Source: Dehalococcoidia bacterium
GTDB taxonomy: Bacteria > Chloroflexota > Dehalococcoidia > Lucifugimonadales > CATQGZ01
DNA: 64,000 nt
Assembly (NCBI GenBank): GCA_965223945.1
Contig: CBDCXW010000008.1
Coordinates: 422,485-486,484, forward strand
Direction: 5' to 3'
In this document: piece after piece, positions 1 through 9,158 of the stretch
How the letters are laid out: each line of letters opens with the position of its first letter
Numbering within the stretch: the first letter of the stretch is position 1
Program-made: the position numbers and the translations under genes
Notes under the pieces: generated by a model
The model's input: only the letters and a program-made list of their open reading frames with translations
The model's database searches: none
Told to the model about the DNA's origin: nothing

Positions 1-1
1 G

Positions 2-1063
2 CTGTTGGAGAGGCTATTGGGGGAGCAGTGCCACGTGGGCCGGCACAGGGACGGTCGTCCCGGAGCCGATGACGACGATGCGGAAGAGGGGAAGGTGCCG
101 ATCGCGCTAAAGGAGCCGAAGGAGGTGCGATCGTACTCGATGCAGACGCCGCACGACCCGGAGGTAACCTACAGCGGACACAAGGGGAAGGGGTACGAGG
201 TACAGGTGGCCGAGACGTGCGAAGAGGGGAACGCAATGCAGGTTATCACCCACGTGGAGGTGACGCCGTCGAGCGGCAGTGACGCCGGTGTGACGGTTGG
301 GGTGATAGACACGTTGAGAGAGCGTGGGATCGGTCCTTCGGAGCTGTGGTGCGACACTACGTATGGTTCCGGACACAACGGATGGGAGGCAGAGCGTAGG
401 GGGACGGAGTTGGTGAGCCCTGTCGGGGGCCGGGCGCCAGGGGAGGCCGATGAGGATGATGGGCTGGTGAGGCTGACGGCTGCTGACTTTGACATCGACG
501 TTACGGCAAGGAGGGCTGCGGTGTGTCCCGCGGGACATGAGGCCGTGTCCGAGTACGAGGATGAAGAGGCTCCCGAGCGAGTGGAGATGCACTTCGCCCG
601 GGAGGTGTGTGAACCCTGCTGGCTGCGCCCACGGTGTCCCGTGAGGTGGCGTCGTCGTCCTGAGCTCGGGGGAGAGTGGTCGCCGAGTGGAGCCTACGTG
701 CTGAGTGCGGACCTCGCCAGGGTGAACATCGGACGTAGGCGGAGGGCCGAGTCGGATGGACAATGGCGTAGACGGTACGGGTTGCGTGCGGGGATAGAGG
801 GTACGAACTCGGAGTTGAAACGGCGCCATGGTCTTGGCCGCCTACGGGTACGTGGAGGAGAGAGGGTCCGGCTCGCAGTCTACCTCAAGGCCCTGGCGTG
901 TAACGTCAAGCGAATGGTCCGGGCACGGTTGGACGAGATGTTGGTCCCACCGTGTCAAGGGCGGAGAGAAATCAGGCCGTGTGGCGGAGCAAAAGTGTAC
1001 CACTTGAGCGGCGATGTTCAGCGAAAATGTCCGCCTGCGACGGGCGTCATCAGGAGCCCTTAG
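2..1063 (+). CDS. IS1182-family (IS5-like) DDE transposase, 5' end cut by window edge
   Basis: Reading frame is open to the window start. The C-terminal motif GIEGTNSELKRRHGLGRLRVRG...LAVYLKALACNVKRM and the Cys cluster CPAGH...CEPCWLRPRCP are typical of IS1182/IS5-type transposase C-termini. Confidence 0.75.
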   Translation: MLERLLGEQCHVGRHRDGRPGADDDDAEEGKVPIALKEPKEVRSYSMQTPHDPEVTYSGHKGKGYEVQVAETCEEGNAMQVITHVEVTPSSGSDAGVTVGVIDTLRERGIGPSELWCDTTYGSGHNGWEAERRGTELVSPVGGRAPGEADEDDGLVRLTAADFDIDVTARRAAVCPAGHEAVSEYEDEEAPERVEMHFAREVCEPCWLRPRCPVRWRRRPELGGEWSPSGAYVLSADLARVNIGRRRRAESDGQWRRRYGLRAGIEGTNSELKRRHGLGRLRVRGGERVRLAVYLKALACNVKRMVRARLDEMLVPPCQGRREIRPCGGAKVYHLSGDVQRKCPPATGVIRSP

Positions 1064-1084
1064 TGGCAGCGAGTGCGGTGGAGT

Positions 1085-1867
1085 CTAGGCGTCAGGGGAA
1101 CCGCTGGCTGAGCGCGTGGTGACGGCCTGCCTACTCTGCTTGAGGCGGTAGCTCTCCCCGTTCATCTCCAGGATGTGGACGCGGTGAGTAAGGCGGTCCA
1201 GCAGGGCGCCGGTCAGCCTCTCAGAGCCGAAGACCTCGGTCCACTCGTCGAAGGGCAGGTTGGTGGTGACCAGGACCGAACCTCTCTCGTAGCGCTGGCT
1301 GAAGACCTCGAAGAGGAGCTCCGCGCCGGTCTTGGAGAGTGGAACGAAGCCCAGCTCGTCGATGATGAGCAGCTTGAGTCGGGCCAGCTTCTTCTGGAGG
1401 TTGAGTAGTCGTCGCTCATCCCTGGCCTCGATCAGCTCGTGTACCAGCGATGCGGCGGTGGTGAAGCCGACCGACAGCCCCCTCTGGCAGGCGGCGAGTC
1501 CCAGGCCGAGGGCCACATGGGTCTTGCCTGTACCGCTGTTGCCGACGGCGATGACGTTCTCCCGCCGGTCGACGTACTCGCAGCGTGCCAGCTGCATGAC
1601 CAGGTGCTTGTTCACCGACGGCATGGCCAGAAAGTCGAAGGTGTCGAGGCTCTTGGTGGCGGGGAAGCGCGCCGCCTTGATCCTGCGGTCCACCATGCGA
1701 TGATGGCGGTCTATCAACTCGAGCTCAGCTAGCCTCAACAGGTATCCCGGATGGTCTACGCCCTCGGCGGCGCACTGGCCGGCCACCTTGCCGTACTCCC
1801 TCAGGAAGGTCGGCAGCTTCAGCTCCTTGAGGTGATGCTCCAGCAGCACCGTCGACCTGTTGCTCAC
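1085..1867 (-). CDS. istB: IS21-family helper ATPase IstB
   Basis: Walker A GNSGTGKTH, Walker B LLIIDELG, and a C-terminal DRLTHRVHILEMNGESYRLKQS. Likely GTG start at 1867, overlapping the istA stop (GTGA), as is usual in IS21. Confidence 0.9.
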   Translation of the reverse strand: MSNRSTVLLEHHLKELKLPTFLREYGKVAGQCAAEGVDHPGYLLRLAELELIDRHHRMVDRRIKAARFPATKSLDTFDFLAMPSVNKHLVMQLARCEYVDRRENVIAVGNSGTGKTHVALGLGLAACQRGLSVGFTTAASLVHELIEARDERRLLNLQKKLARLKLLIIDELGFVPLSKTGAELLFEVFSQRYERGSVLVTTNLPFDEWTEVFGSERLTGALLDRLTHRVHILEMNGESYRLKQSRQAVTTRSASGSPDA

Positions 1868-2700
1868 CGCCTGCTCCCCGACATGAGCGCCATGTAGTCG
1901 CTGGCTGATGTCTTCGTCACAGTGACCCTGGGCAGGTAGGGGTACAGCTCCAGGTCGAGTCTCTGAGGACGACCCTCCATCCTGCACAGCACCAGGTGCT
2001 TGACTGCGTCGAAGCTTATGGCGCCGAGCCTGAGGGCATCACGCACGGCCTCGTACACCTCCTGCGTCCGGAAGTTCTCCACCAACCGCAGCACCTGCAC
2101 GAACTCCCGCTTGCCGCGCCTGCCCATCCTCGACTCCAGCAGTCTGCGCAGCACACCGAACTCCTCCGGCAAATCCCACCCGACCAGAGGAGCGGCCTGG
2201 TCCAGCGCTCCCGTCTTGCGCTCCAGCAGCGGCAGGTAGTGGACAGGGTCGAAGATGAAGTCGTCGCGTTCGTATGAGCGCGGATGCCGGGCTATCATCT
2301 CTACCCCGCAGCTGATCACCACCTCGCCAACATAGCCGCGCACCACAACCTCCCTGTGACCATAGGCCACTGGCACCGAGTAGTCGTTGGTCCGGTACCG
2401 CACCAGGGACAGGGAGCTGACACGGCTCACGTGCTTGTCGCTGGCATCGTATGGCACGTCGGGGAGCGCCAGCAGGGCTCCCAGGTCACGCTCCATCCGC
2501 TGGCCTATCGTCTCCCTGTGCCCACGCAGCTGTCTCCCCATCCGTTCCAGGCACCGCTCCTCCAGGTAGGCGTTGAGGGCATCGAAGCTCGGGAACGACG
2601 GTACAGGCACCAGGAAGTTCCGGCGAGCATATCCCACCAGCCCCTCCACCTTGCCCTTGTCGTTGCCCTTGCCGGGACGGCCGAACCGGATGCTCCTATA
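1864..2700 (-). pseudogene. istA: IS21-family transposase IstA, C-terminal fragment only
   Basis: Homology begins at RFGRPGKGNDKGKVEGLVGYARRNFLVPVP (around the catalytic E of the DDE triad). The upstream HTH and DD part is absent; the sequence 5' of it belongs to the IS110 element. Confidence 0.8.
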
Positions 2701-3949
2701 GATGTCAAGGAGTGCTGTGGGATAGGGCTGAGTTCCGTAGGACGGAGAAGACCTCGCGAGCGACATAGCGTTTGAGGCAGCGGATCACCTCAGCCTTGCT
2801 CATTCCCTCGGTGGTGCGACGACGCATGTATGCCTGGGTCCGCTCATCATGACGAAGTCTGACGACAACAATGCGATGGAGTGCCGCGTTGGCCTGGCGG
2901 TGGCCGCCTCGGTTGAGCCGATGCCTGGTGGTCTTGCCGGAGGAAGCAGGGATGGGATTGACACCGCACAGGGAGGCGAAGGCAGCCTCGGAGTGGAGGC
3001 GGTCCGGGTTACTCCCTGCAGCAATGAGGAGGGTCGCCGCCGTGTCTGGTCCTATGCCGAAGCCATCCACCAGGGCTGGGGCTGCCGTCCGTGTGAGTCT
3101 TTGGATCTCGGCCTCCAGGTCCTGTATCTCATTACCGAGTTGACGGTAGCGACGGGCAAGGGAGCGAAGAGCATACTTGGCCGCCGCGGTGGGACCCTCC
3201 ATACGACCAGGCCGGAAGCTCTTGGACCGGGTGACAAGGGCAGCAGCGGTGAGGCCAGTGAGGTGCTCACGAAGCCGGGCCGGGGCCGTGACAACCAGGG
3301 CCTTCATCTGGTTGATTGCCTGGGTGCGAGCCTTGACGGCCGAGTCCTTGGTGCTCTTGAACATACGGATCATTTCGACTTCACCCTCACCTGACTTGGG
3401 AGTGGCATCGGCTACTCCGGCAAGCACAGCACGCGCTGCCATCTCCGCATCAGTGGAATCGCTCTTCCCCTTCCGATAGCGGGTTGACCGGTCGGGCCGG
3501 TTGACCTCCACTACGGTATGGCCCCTACTGGTCAGGAATCGGGCGACTCCGGCACCGTAGGAACCGGTGCCTTCAATCCCGAAGGCATGAATCTCTCCCA
3601 GGCCCCGGGACCACCGTTCGAGCTCCTCATACCCATGGGTGGTCGCCACTGTGTGAAGCTCCCCCAGGCGGACCCCCTGACGGTCAATGGCCACCGCCAC
3701 ATGCTCATCCTGGTGGGTGTCGACTCCGACGACCAGCTCAACACCACGACTACCTTCATGACCGACGACTCCTGTCATTTCTACCTCCCGGAGGATTGCG
3801 CGCCGGCCAGGTGAGCGGACAAGACTGCGATGGGGCGTGGGGCCAGGCTCCTATAAGGTCACTGCTCGCCTTGCCAAAGGCACTTCGGCTGCCACCTCGA
3901 CTCGAGTCGACAGATCAGGCTGAAGGCATGATGCCAGTCTCAGAAAGGG
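2690..3949 (-). mobile_element. IS110-family insertion sequence (approximate ends)
   Basis: A single DEDD-type transposase with a 171-nt non-coding left end and a very short right end. No terminal inverted repeats, as expected for IS110. Boundaries are inferred from the flanking istA homology and the selenoprotein stop. Confidence 0.6.
2705..3778 (-). CDS. IS110-family transposase (DEDD N-domain + Transposase_20 C-domain)
   Basis: N-terminus VVGVDTHQDEHVAVAID...FGIEGTGSYG. C-terminus GIGPDTAATLLIAAG...FASLCGVNPIPASSGKTTRHRLNRGGHRQANAALH. Confidence 0.9.
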   Translation of the reverse strand: MTGVVGHEGSRGVELVVGVDTHQDEHVAVAIDRQGVRLGELHTVATTHGYEELERWSRGLGEIHAFGIEGTGSYGAGVARFLTSRGHTVVEVNRPDRSTRYRKGKSDSTDAEMAARAVLAGVADATPKSGEGEVEMIRMFKSTKDSAVKARTQAINQMKALVVTAPARLREHLTGLTAAALVTRSKSFRPGRMEGPTAAAKYALRSLARRYRQLGNEIQDLEAEIQRLTRTAAPALVDGFGIGPDTAATLLIAAGSNPDRLHSEAAFASLCGVNPIPASSGKTTRHRLNRGGHRQANAALHRIVVVRLRHDERTQAYMRRRTTEGMSKAEVIRCLKRYVAREVFSVLRNSALSHSTP

Positions 3950-4576
3950 TCAGGCCCGAGCCGAGGTGGCCCAGGATTCATCATCGCAGTCCTCGCCCTC
4001 AAAGCGGTAGGCCTGCTCCGTCGGACTATCGTCGAACGGACCATCGCCGTCGGCGGTGAGCATGCCGACCAGGTCGTCGAATGCGGGCTCGGTGTTGCTG
4101 ATCGACTCGGCCGGGGACAGGTTGCGGTAGATGCGGGGCACGATGACGAAGCGCAGAGCGGGCATGCCGAAGGCGCGGCTACTGGCGATGGCGTCGCCCT
4201 CAAACCGGCCGGAGATGATGGGCACCGCGGGCTTGCCCATCCGCTCGACCTCGATCATGTCGTGGACCATCCACGACGCGCACGTCCCTCAGTCGCCGGT
4301 CGCTCCGATGACGGCGTCGCACTCGTCAGCCGCCTGCTTGAGGATGTGCGGCGGATTGGGGTAGTTGCCGCCCGTGTAGAACCTCGTCTCGACGCCCGCG
4401 AAGCGCTCTTGGAGCATCTCGCCGACGCGGTTGAGCGCGACGTCGCCGCCGTGGGTTCCGCTCCATACCAGGCCGATCGTCTTGCCGTCGAGCCGGTTGA
4501 GCCGTGGGTTGGTGGCCGCGACGTTCTCCATCGCGCGCTGCCTTGCGACGGGGTTCATGACCTCCAGTAGATGCAT
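3950..4576 (-). CDS. UGSC-family-like selenoprotein (UxxC redox motif; in-frame TGA at 4289-4291 read as Sec)
   Basis: ORFs 4289..4657 and 3950..4270 are in the same frame and separated by a single TGA. Read-through gives ...DAVIGATGD-U-GTCASWMVHDMIEVER... Start ATG at 4576 is preceded by GGAAGGAAAG. A SECIS-like hairpin lies 11 nt after the TGA. Confidence 0.7.
4259..4277 (-). promoter_or_regulatory. Candidate bacterial SECIS hairpin
   Basis: mRNA reads UGA-GGGACGUGCGC-GUCGUGG-AUGGU-CCACGAC: a perfect 7-bp stem with a 5-nt loop containing GU, starting exactly 11 nt after the UGA. The fdhF-type minimal SECIS has the same spacing. Confidence 0.55.
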
Positions 4577-4906
4577 GCGGTACACTTTCCTTCCGCCACG
4601 GGCAGGTCCGCACGCCCGCGACGCACCGAGTCTAGAATCGACGCCACTCCGTGTCAACCAATGTGGGCGGCGTAGACGCGCCGTTTTCTAAGACAGCTGA
4701 GACTCCGATGGCCGGTCATCGCTGTGCCTCGCATCGGGTACCGCCTGTTGATAGCGCAAACGCCTAGAACGGGACCACGCGCAGGAGGCCCAACTTCTGA
4801 GCTCCTTCTGATGTCATATGCGACGCTAATGGGTACCCGGTCACCGTCTCTCAACTAGGGATTGGGGACGTTGCGGCATTAGATCACAAGGCCGGAACGG
4901 AAAATG

Positions 4907-4988
4907 TGGGGAAGCCGGGACTCGAACCCGGACGCCTTGCGGCACATGATCCTAAATCATGCTCGTCTACCAGTTCCGACACTCCCCC
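4907..4988 (-). tRNA. tRNA-Leu (anticodon UAG), class II with long variable arm
   Basis: Acceptor GGGGGAG/CUUCCCC, anticodon stem CAUGA/UCAUG with loop UUUAGGA, variable arm UGCCGCAAGGCGU, T-arm CCGGG-UUCGAGU-CCCGG, discriminator A. CCA is not encoded. Confidence 0.9.
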
Positions 4989-5096
4989 ACGGAGCAGGAG
5001 GACCCCGCCTCTGATGAGGCGCGAGCCGGCAGCGTAGCCTCTCAATTATACTGTACGGAGGCTTGGACCCGTGATCAGGACAGCCTGCCGAGGCTG

Positions 5097-6080
5097 CTAG
5101 TCCCAGGCGGACATCTCGGCTCGGAGCTCCGAGCTGAGTCCCTGCTCGTATGACTCTATCGCGTTGTCGACGTGGGAGGTGGTCCGGGCGCCGACCAGCA
5201 CCGCCGTCACGTCCGGGTGAGTCATGGACCAGGCCATGGCCAGGCGGACCATCGGAACGTCCATCTCCGCCGCTTTTGCCCGCAGGCGGTCGACGACACG
5301 GAAGTTACGGTCGCTGAAGTAGATATCGGCGTGGCCGGGTGATATGTCGTAGCGGGTGCCCTTCGGAAAGCTTGACTTGTCCGGCGTGTACTTGCCGGCC
5401 AGAAAGCCTGCCGCCAGAGGGCTGTAGGGCGTGACCGCGATCCCCTCCTGTGTGCACAGTGGGAAGATGTCCCTCTCGGCATCCGGTAACCCCAGGCTGT
5501 ACGGCGGTTGCATGATCTGAAACCTGGCGTACCCGGCCGCGTCGCTGGCTTCCAGCGCCTGTTGTATCTGCTCAGCCGAGTAGTTGCTTCCCCCGATGAT
5601 GCGCACGCGTCCGGCCTTGACCTCCTCGTTGAGGGCCGCCAGGGTCTCTGCGATCGGCACGCTTTCATCCGGATTGTGGACCTTGTAAATGTCGACGCAG
5701 TCGGTCTGAAGGCGCTCGAGGCTGTCGCCTACCACCCTTCCGATGTTCTCCGGGCTCGCGCCGCTGCTCACCTTGGTGCACAGAGTAACCTCTCCGCGGC
5801 AACCCCGGTCTCGCATCCAGTCGCCGATGATCCGCTCAGAAGAGCTCATCTCTCCCGAGACCTCTCGCTCGTCATCGACTCCCATGCTGTCCAGGCGGCC
5901 CTGACGGGACTGTCCTCCTCCATACGCCTCGGCCGTATCCAGGAAGGTGATGCCCTTCTCCATCGCGTAGTCGAGCACCAGGCGCGACGTTTCTTCGTCT
6001 ATCTCTCGTCCGAAGGTGACGCATCCTAGGCCAATGGCGCTGATCGTGCGCCCCGAACGTCCCAAAGGTTTCTGGTCCAC
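5097..6080 (-). CDS. Aldo/keto reductase
   Basis: N-terminus LGRSGRTISAIGLGCVTFG...FLDTAEAYGGG. Typical AKR length (327 aa). Confidence 0.85.
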   Translation of the reverse strand: MDQKPLGRSGRTISAIGLGCVTFGREIDEETSRLVLDYAMEKGITFLDTAEAYGGGQSRQGRLDSMGVDDEREVSGEMSSSERIIGDWMRDRGCRGEVTLCTKVSSGASPENIGRVVGDSLERLQTDCVDIYKVHNPDESVPIAETLAALNEEVKAGRVRIIGGSNYSAEQIQQALEASDAAGYARFQIMQPPYSLGLPDAERDIFPLCTQEGIAVTPYSPLAAGFLAGKYTPDKSSFPKGTRYDISPGHADIYFSDRNFRVVDRLRAKAAEMDVPMVRLAMAWSMTHPDVTAVLVGARTTSHVDNAIESYEQGLSSELRAEMSAWD

Positions 6081-6096
6081 TATGGGGCCTCCTTCC

Positions 6097-6894
6097 TCAG
6101 TCCCTGACCCAATGCCTGAACAGCGGCTTTACCTTTTCTGGCAGCCCGTTGAAGACGTCCCTGGGCACAGGGGTCTGCTGCGGCTCCTTTGCGCCGACCT
6201 CGTCAACCATGCGGTTGCGCTGGTCGGAGCCCGGCATCAGCACGTCCACGTTCAACCACCACGGGGCGAAGCGCACCGCGACGCCGACCCTGGGCCTGTC
6301 GCCGTGGTTCGTGGCAGTGGCGTGCCATAGGCGGCTGTCGAACAGCAGCACGCTGCCGGGCTCGCCGGTCGCCTGCATCTCGGTGGGGTAGGGGGCCATC
6401 GGATCGACACCGTTGTCGCCGGTGGGGTTGTTGCTGGCCCGGTGGCTGCCCGGCACGATGAGGGTGCCGCCCGTCTCCGCCGAGAAAGGCGACAGCATCC
6501 AGATCGTCGTCAGGTGCGTCACCGCGTCGTGGTACGGCGCCGGGATGTGGCCGGCGTTCCTCTGGTTGAACGGCCAGTCCGAATGCCAACCACCGCGGGC
6601 GTTACCCGGGTTGTTGATGATGGCGGTGGTGAAGGAGACCCGCACGTGGGGCCCGAAGAGCGCCTCTGCCAGGCCCAGTATGCGATCATCGACCAGGTAG
6701 GGAGCGAGACTCTGGTCCTTACCAATCAGACCGGTCTCGGCATCGACTCCCATGATGTCCGCACCCTTCGTCGACAGGTCGCTGGTCGCCTGGATGCTCT
6801 CGCGCACCGACTCGACTTTGTCGGCAGGGATCACCCTCCGCTCCACGTGCCAGCCGTCCATTCGGATATGCCGCAATGTATCCTCTATAGACAT
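6097..6894 (-). CDS. Phytanoyl-CoA dioxygenase (PhyH) family Fe(II)/2-oxoglutarate oxygenase
   Basis: GWHSDWPF ... LWHATATN motifs (HxD...H facial triad context), 265 aa. Confidence 0.75.
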   Translation of the reverse strand: MSIEDTLRHIRMDGWHVERRVIPADKVESVRESIQATSDLSTKGADIMGVDAETGLIGKDQSLAPYLVDDRILGLAEALFGPHVRVSFTTAIINNPGNARGGWHSDWPFNQRNAGHIPAPYHDAVTHLTTIWMLSPFSAETGGTLIVPGSHRASNNPTGDNGVDPMAPYPTEMQATGEPGSVLLFDSRLWHATATNHGDRPRVGVAVRFAPWWLNVDVLMPGSDQRNRMVDEVGAKEPQQTPVPRDVFNGLPEKVKPLFRHWVRD

Positions 6895-6924
6895 GACTCC
6901 TCCTTGATCACGATCAACTAGGGA

Positions 6925-8244
6925 CTACTCAGCCGCCAGCGCCTCACCTATCGTCTCGACCAGTCCATCGATATGTTCAGGCCCCATGGGAGCGCAGAGG
7001 CAGAGCCCGAGCCCCGCCGCTATGAAGTACCCCTTGAGCAGCGCCTCCATCCGAACCAGGTCGAACGTCTCCCGGTCGGTTGCCGCCATACTCCGATAGT
7101 CTGTCACCGGGCGGTCTCCCAGGTCAAAGCTCACGATAGATCCGACGCCCCTCACCTGGGCCTGCACACCTGCTCTGCGGAAGACCCCGCGCAGCCCGGA
7201 GACCAGCCGCTCCCGGAGCGCGTCGAGGTGCTCGTAGACCTCTGGCGTCAGCGCCCGGAGCGTGGCCAGTCCGGCCGCCAGGGTGAGATGGTTTCCCGAG
7301 AAGGTCCCACTCTGGTTCAGGTATGTGCCGGAGCTGCTGTCCAGCAGGTCCATGAACTCCGAGCTGCCTCCGATGACACCGCCCGGCATCCCGCCGCCCA
7401 TGATCTTTGCGAAGAGTGTCAGGTCGGGCTCTACCCCTGACAGGGACTGGTACCCGCCGTAGCCCGACCTGAAGCTGACCACCTCGTCCATGACCATGAC
7501 CATCCCCAGCTCTCGGGTAAGGTCGCGGAGCAGGTGGACAAGTCCCGGGTCGACGTCGTAGATGCCGGGCTTGCCGTCGAAGAAGACTGCCGCGATCTCG
7601 TCCTTCTGTTCGCGTAGTATCAGCTCCACGGACTCCAGCTGCCCGTAGGGCAGGATCACCACGTCCTCCTCCGAGCTCTGAGCCATGCCCGGCCACGAGG
7701 CCACGGAGTTGGGGGAGTCGTCCGGGCCGGCCTTGTCGATAGGAGGCGCCACGCTCACCTCCAGCGCGTCGTGGCTGCCGTGGTACGCTCCCTCAAACTT
7801 TGCCACCTTCGGCCTGCCAGTGACCGCGCGGGCCATCCTGGTGGCATGCAGGGAGGACTCGGTACCGGAGTTCGTGAACCGCACCTTTTCGATGGACGGG
7901 AAGCGCCTCACGATCTCCTCGGCCATCTCCGCCTCCAGGGTGGATGGAAAACCAAACCCCAGCCCGCTGGCCACCGCCTGGTTGAGGGCCTCGATAACTG
8001 TGGGCGGGCTGTGGCCGAGGACCATGGCGGTGTGGTGGTTGGTGAAGTCGACGTACCGTCGCCCGTCGATGTCCCACAGGTAGCACTCCTCGGCCCGCTT
8101 CACGTATATGGGATGAGGGGTCATCGAGTAGGCGCCCTTGATGACGCCGCCGGGCATCGTAGCCTGTCCACGCTCCCACTGGGCGCGCGACCTGGGGGTC
8201 ACCCGCCTGATCTCCTCCTCAAGGACTTCTTTGGGTCTTGGCAT
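6925..8244 (-). CDS. Class-III PLP aminotransferase (glutamate-1-semialdehyde aminomutase-like)
   Basis: FEGAYHGSHD, MDEVVSFRSGYGG and LFAKIMGGGMPGG (PLP-lysine context) resemble the HemL/omega-aminotransferase family. Confidence 0.85.
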   Translation of the reverse strand: MPRPKEVLEEEIRRVTPRSRAQWERGQATMPGGVIKGAYSMTPHPIYVKRAEECYLWDIDGRRYVDFTNHHTAMVLGHSPPTVIEALNQAVASGLGFGFPSTLEAEMAEEIVRRFPSIEKVRFTNSGTESSLHATRMARAVTGRPKVAKFEGAYHGSHDALEVSVAPPIDKAGPDDSPNSVASWPGMAQSSEEDVVILPYGQLESVELILREQKDEIAAVFFDGKPGIYDVDPGLVHLLRDLTRELGMVMVMDEVVSFRSGYGGYQSLSGVEPDLTLFAKIMGGGMPGGVIGGSSEFMDLLDSSSGTYLNQSGTFSGNHLTLAAGLATLRALTPEVYEHLDALRERLVSGLRGVFRRAGVQAQVRGVGSIVSFDLGDRPVTDYRSMAATDRETFDLVRMEALLKGYFIAAGLGLCLCAPMGPEHIDGLVETIGEALAAE

Positions 8245-8381
8245 CAGTGCTCTCCTGTGATGTGCACCAGCATGCTGCGGAGAAACTCCCTTCCTGGATC
8301 AGGGAAGGGAAAAGTTAGACCTGAAGGACACCCTCAGACTCCCGGCAAGGGGCTCTGCCCCTCTGCACACCCCGTATTTCA

Positions 8382-9155
8382 TCAGCCTGTTGTTCTACGG
8401 TCAAGTCCGAGCAGCTTGATCGCGTTCAGGCCCAGGACCTTGACCTTTGCCTCGTCTGAGATGTCCGCCGTAACGATCCTCCCGACCTGGAGCCGCGTGT
8501 CCATTAGCGGCATGTCGGAGCCGTAGAGCACGCGGTCCTCCCCCGCGCCGTTCACAAGGAACTCTATGGAATCGTGCTCGCCCATGGAGGTACACGTCTC
8601 AAGGTAGACGTTCGAGCAGGCTGCGGCAGCCGCCACGGCCAGCTCCTGCCCCTGGCGAATGTTGCCGGAGTGCGCAAGTACCCAATTGACCCGCGGGTAG
8701 CGCCGAGCCAGCCCGACGAAGCGGTCGGGGCGCGTAAGCTGATCGTCGTCCGAAATATACGACGAGTGGCTCATTATCACGATGGACCTCTCGTCTGCCC
8801 ACTCGAAGATAGGGTCGTAAGAGGGGTCGTCTATGGGCTTGTCCAGGTATGTCGGATAGAGCTTCAGGGACCTGAAGCCCAGCACGTCGAAACACCTCTC
8901 CAGCTCCGCCAGAGCCTCGTCTGGATATCTTGGCGTAACGTATGCCACCCCGACGAACCGGTCCGGGTGCTCGGCGACGAACCGGGCAACACGGTCATTG
9001 CCCCGGCGGGCCTCGCCGAAGTTTATGCAGTTGATGCAGGCCTTGTCGACGCCGGCGGCATCCATGAGGCGCACGTAGTCCGACAGGTCGTCGTTCATGC
9101 CAAACCTGCCCCATCGGCCCACGTGACAGTGGAAGTCAATAACTGGAGTATCCAA
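8382..9155 (-). CDS. Amidohydrolase-2 family metal-dependent hydrolase
   Basis: VIDFHCHVG N-terminal metal motif, SHS, AHSG and a C-terminal YGSDMP. TTG start. Confidence 0.8.
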   Translation of the reverse strand: MDTPVIDFHCHVGRWGRFGMNDDLSDYVRLMDAAGVDKACINCINFGEARRGNDRVARFVAEHPDRFVGVAYVTPRYPDEALAELERCFDVLGFRSLKLYPTYLDKPIDDPSYDPIFEWADERSIVIMSHSSYISDDDQLTRPDRFVGLARRYPRVNWVLAHSGNIRQGQELAVAAAAACSNVYLETCTSMGEHDSIEFLVNGAGEDRVLYGSDMPLMDTRLQVGRIVTADISDEAKVKVLGLNAIKLLGLDRRTTG

Positions 9156-9158
9156 GCT

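Larger units (their letters stand above)
1064..2700 (-). mobile_element. IS21-family remnant (istA 3' fragment + istB), both ends disrupted
   Basis: istB is intact. istA lacks its N-terminal HTH and roughly the first 200 aa. Flanked by the IS1182-like gene (21 nt from the istB stop) and by the IS110 transposase stop. Confidence 0.7.

Noticed and set aside
4577-4906. Genomic island integrated at tRNA-Leu (and similarly at ssrA)
   Set aside because: I looked for a direct repeat of the tRNA-Leu 3' end (TGGGGAAGCCGGGACTCGAACC) and of the ssrA 3' end elsewhere in the window, and for an integrase gene. I saw neither, so only proximity of the IS and TA genes is reported.
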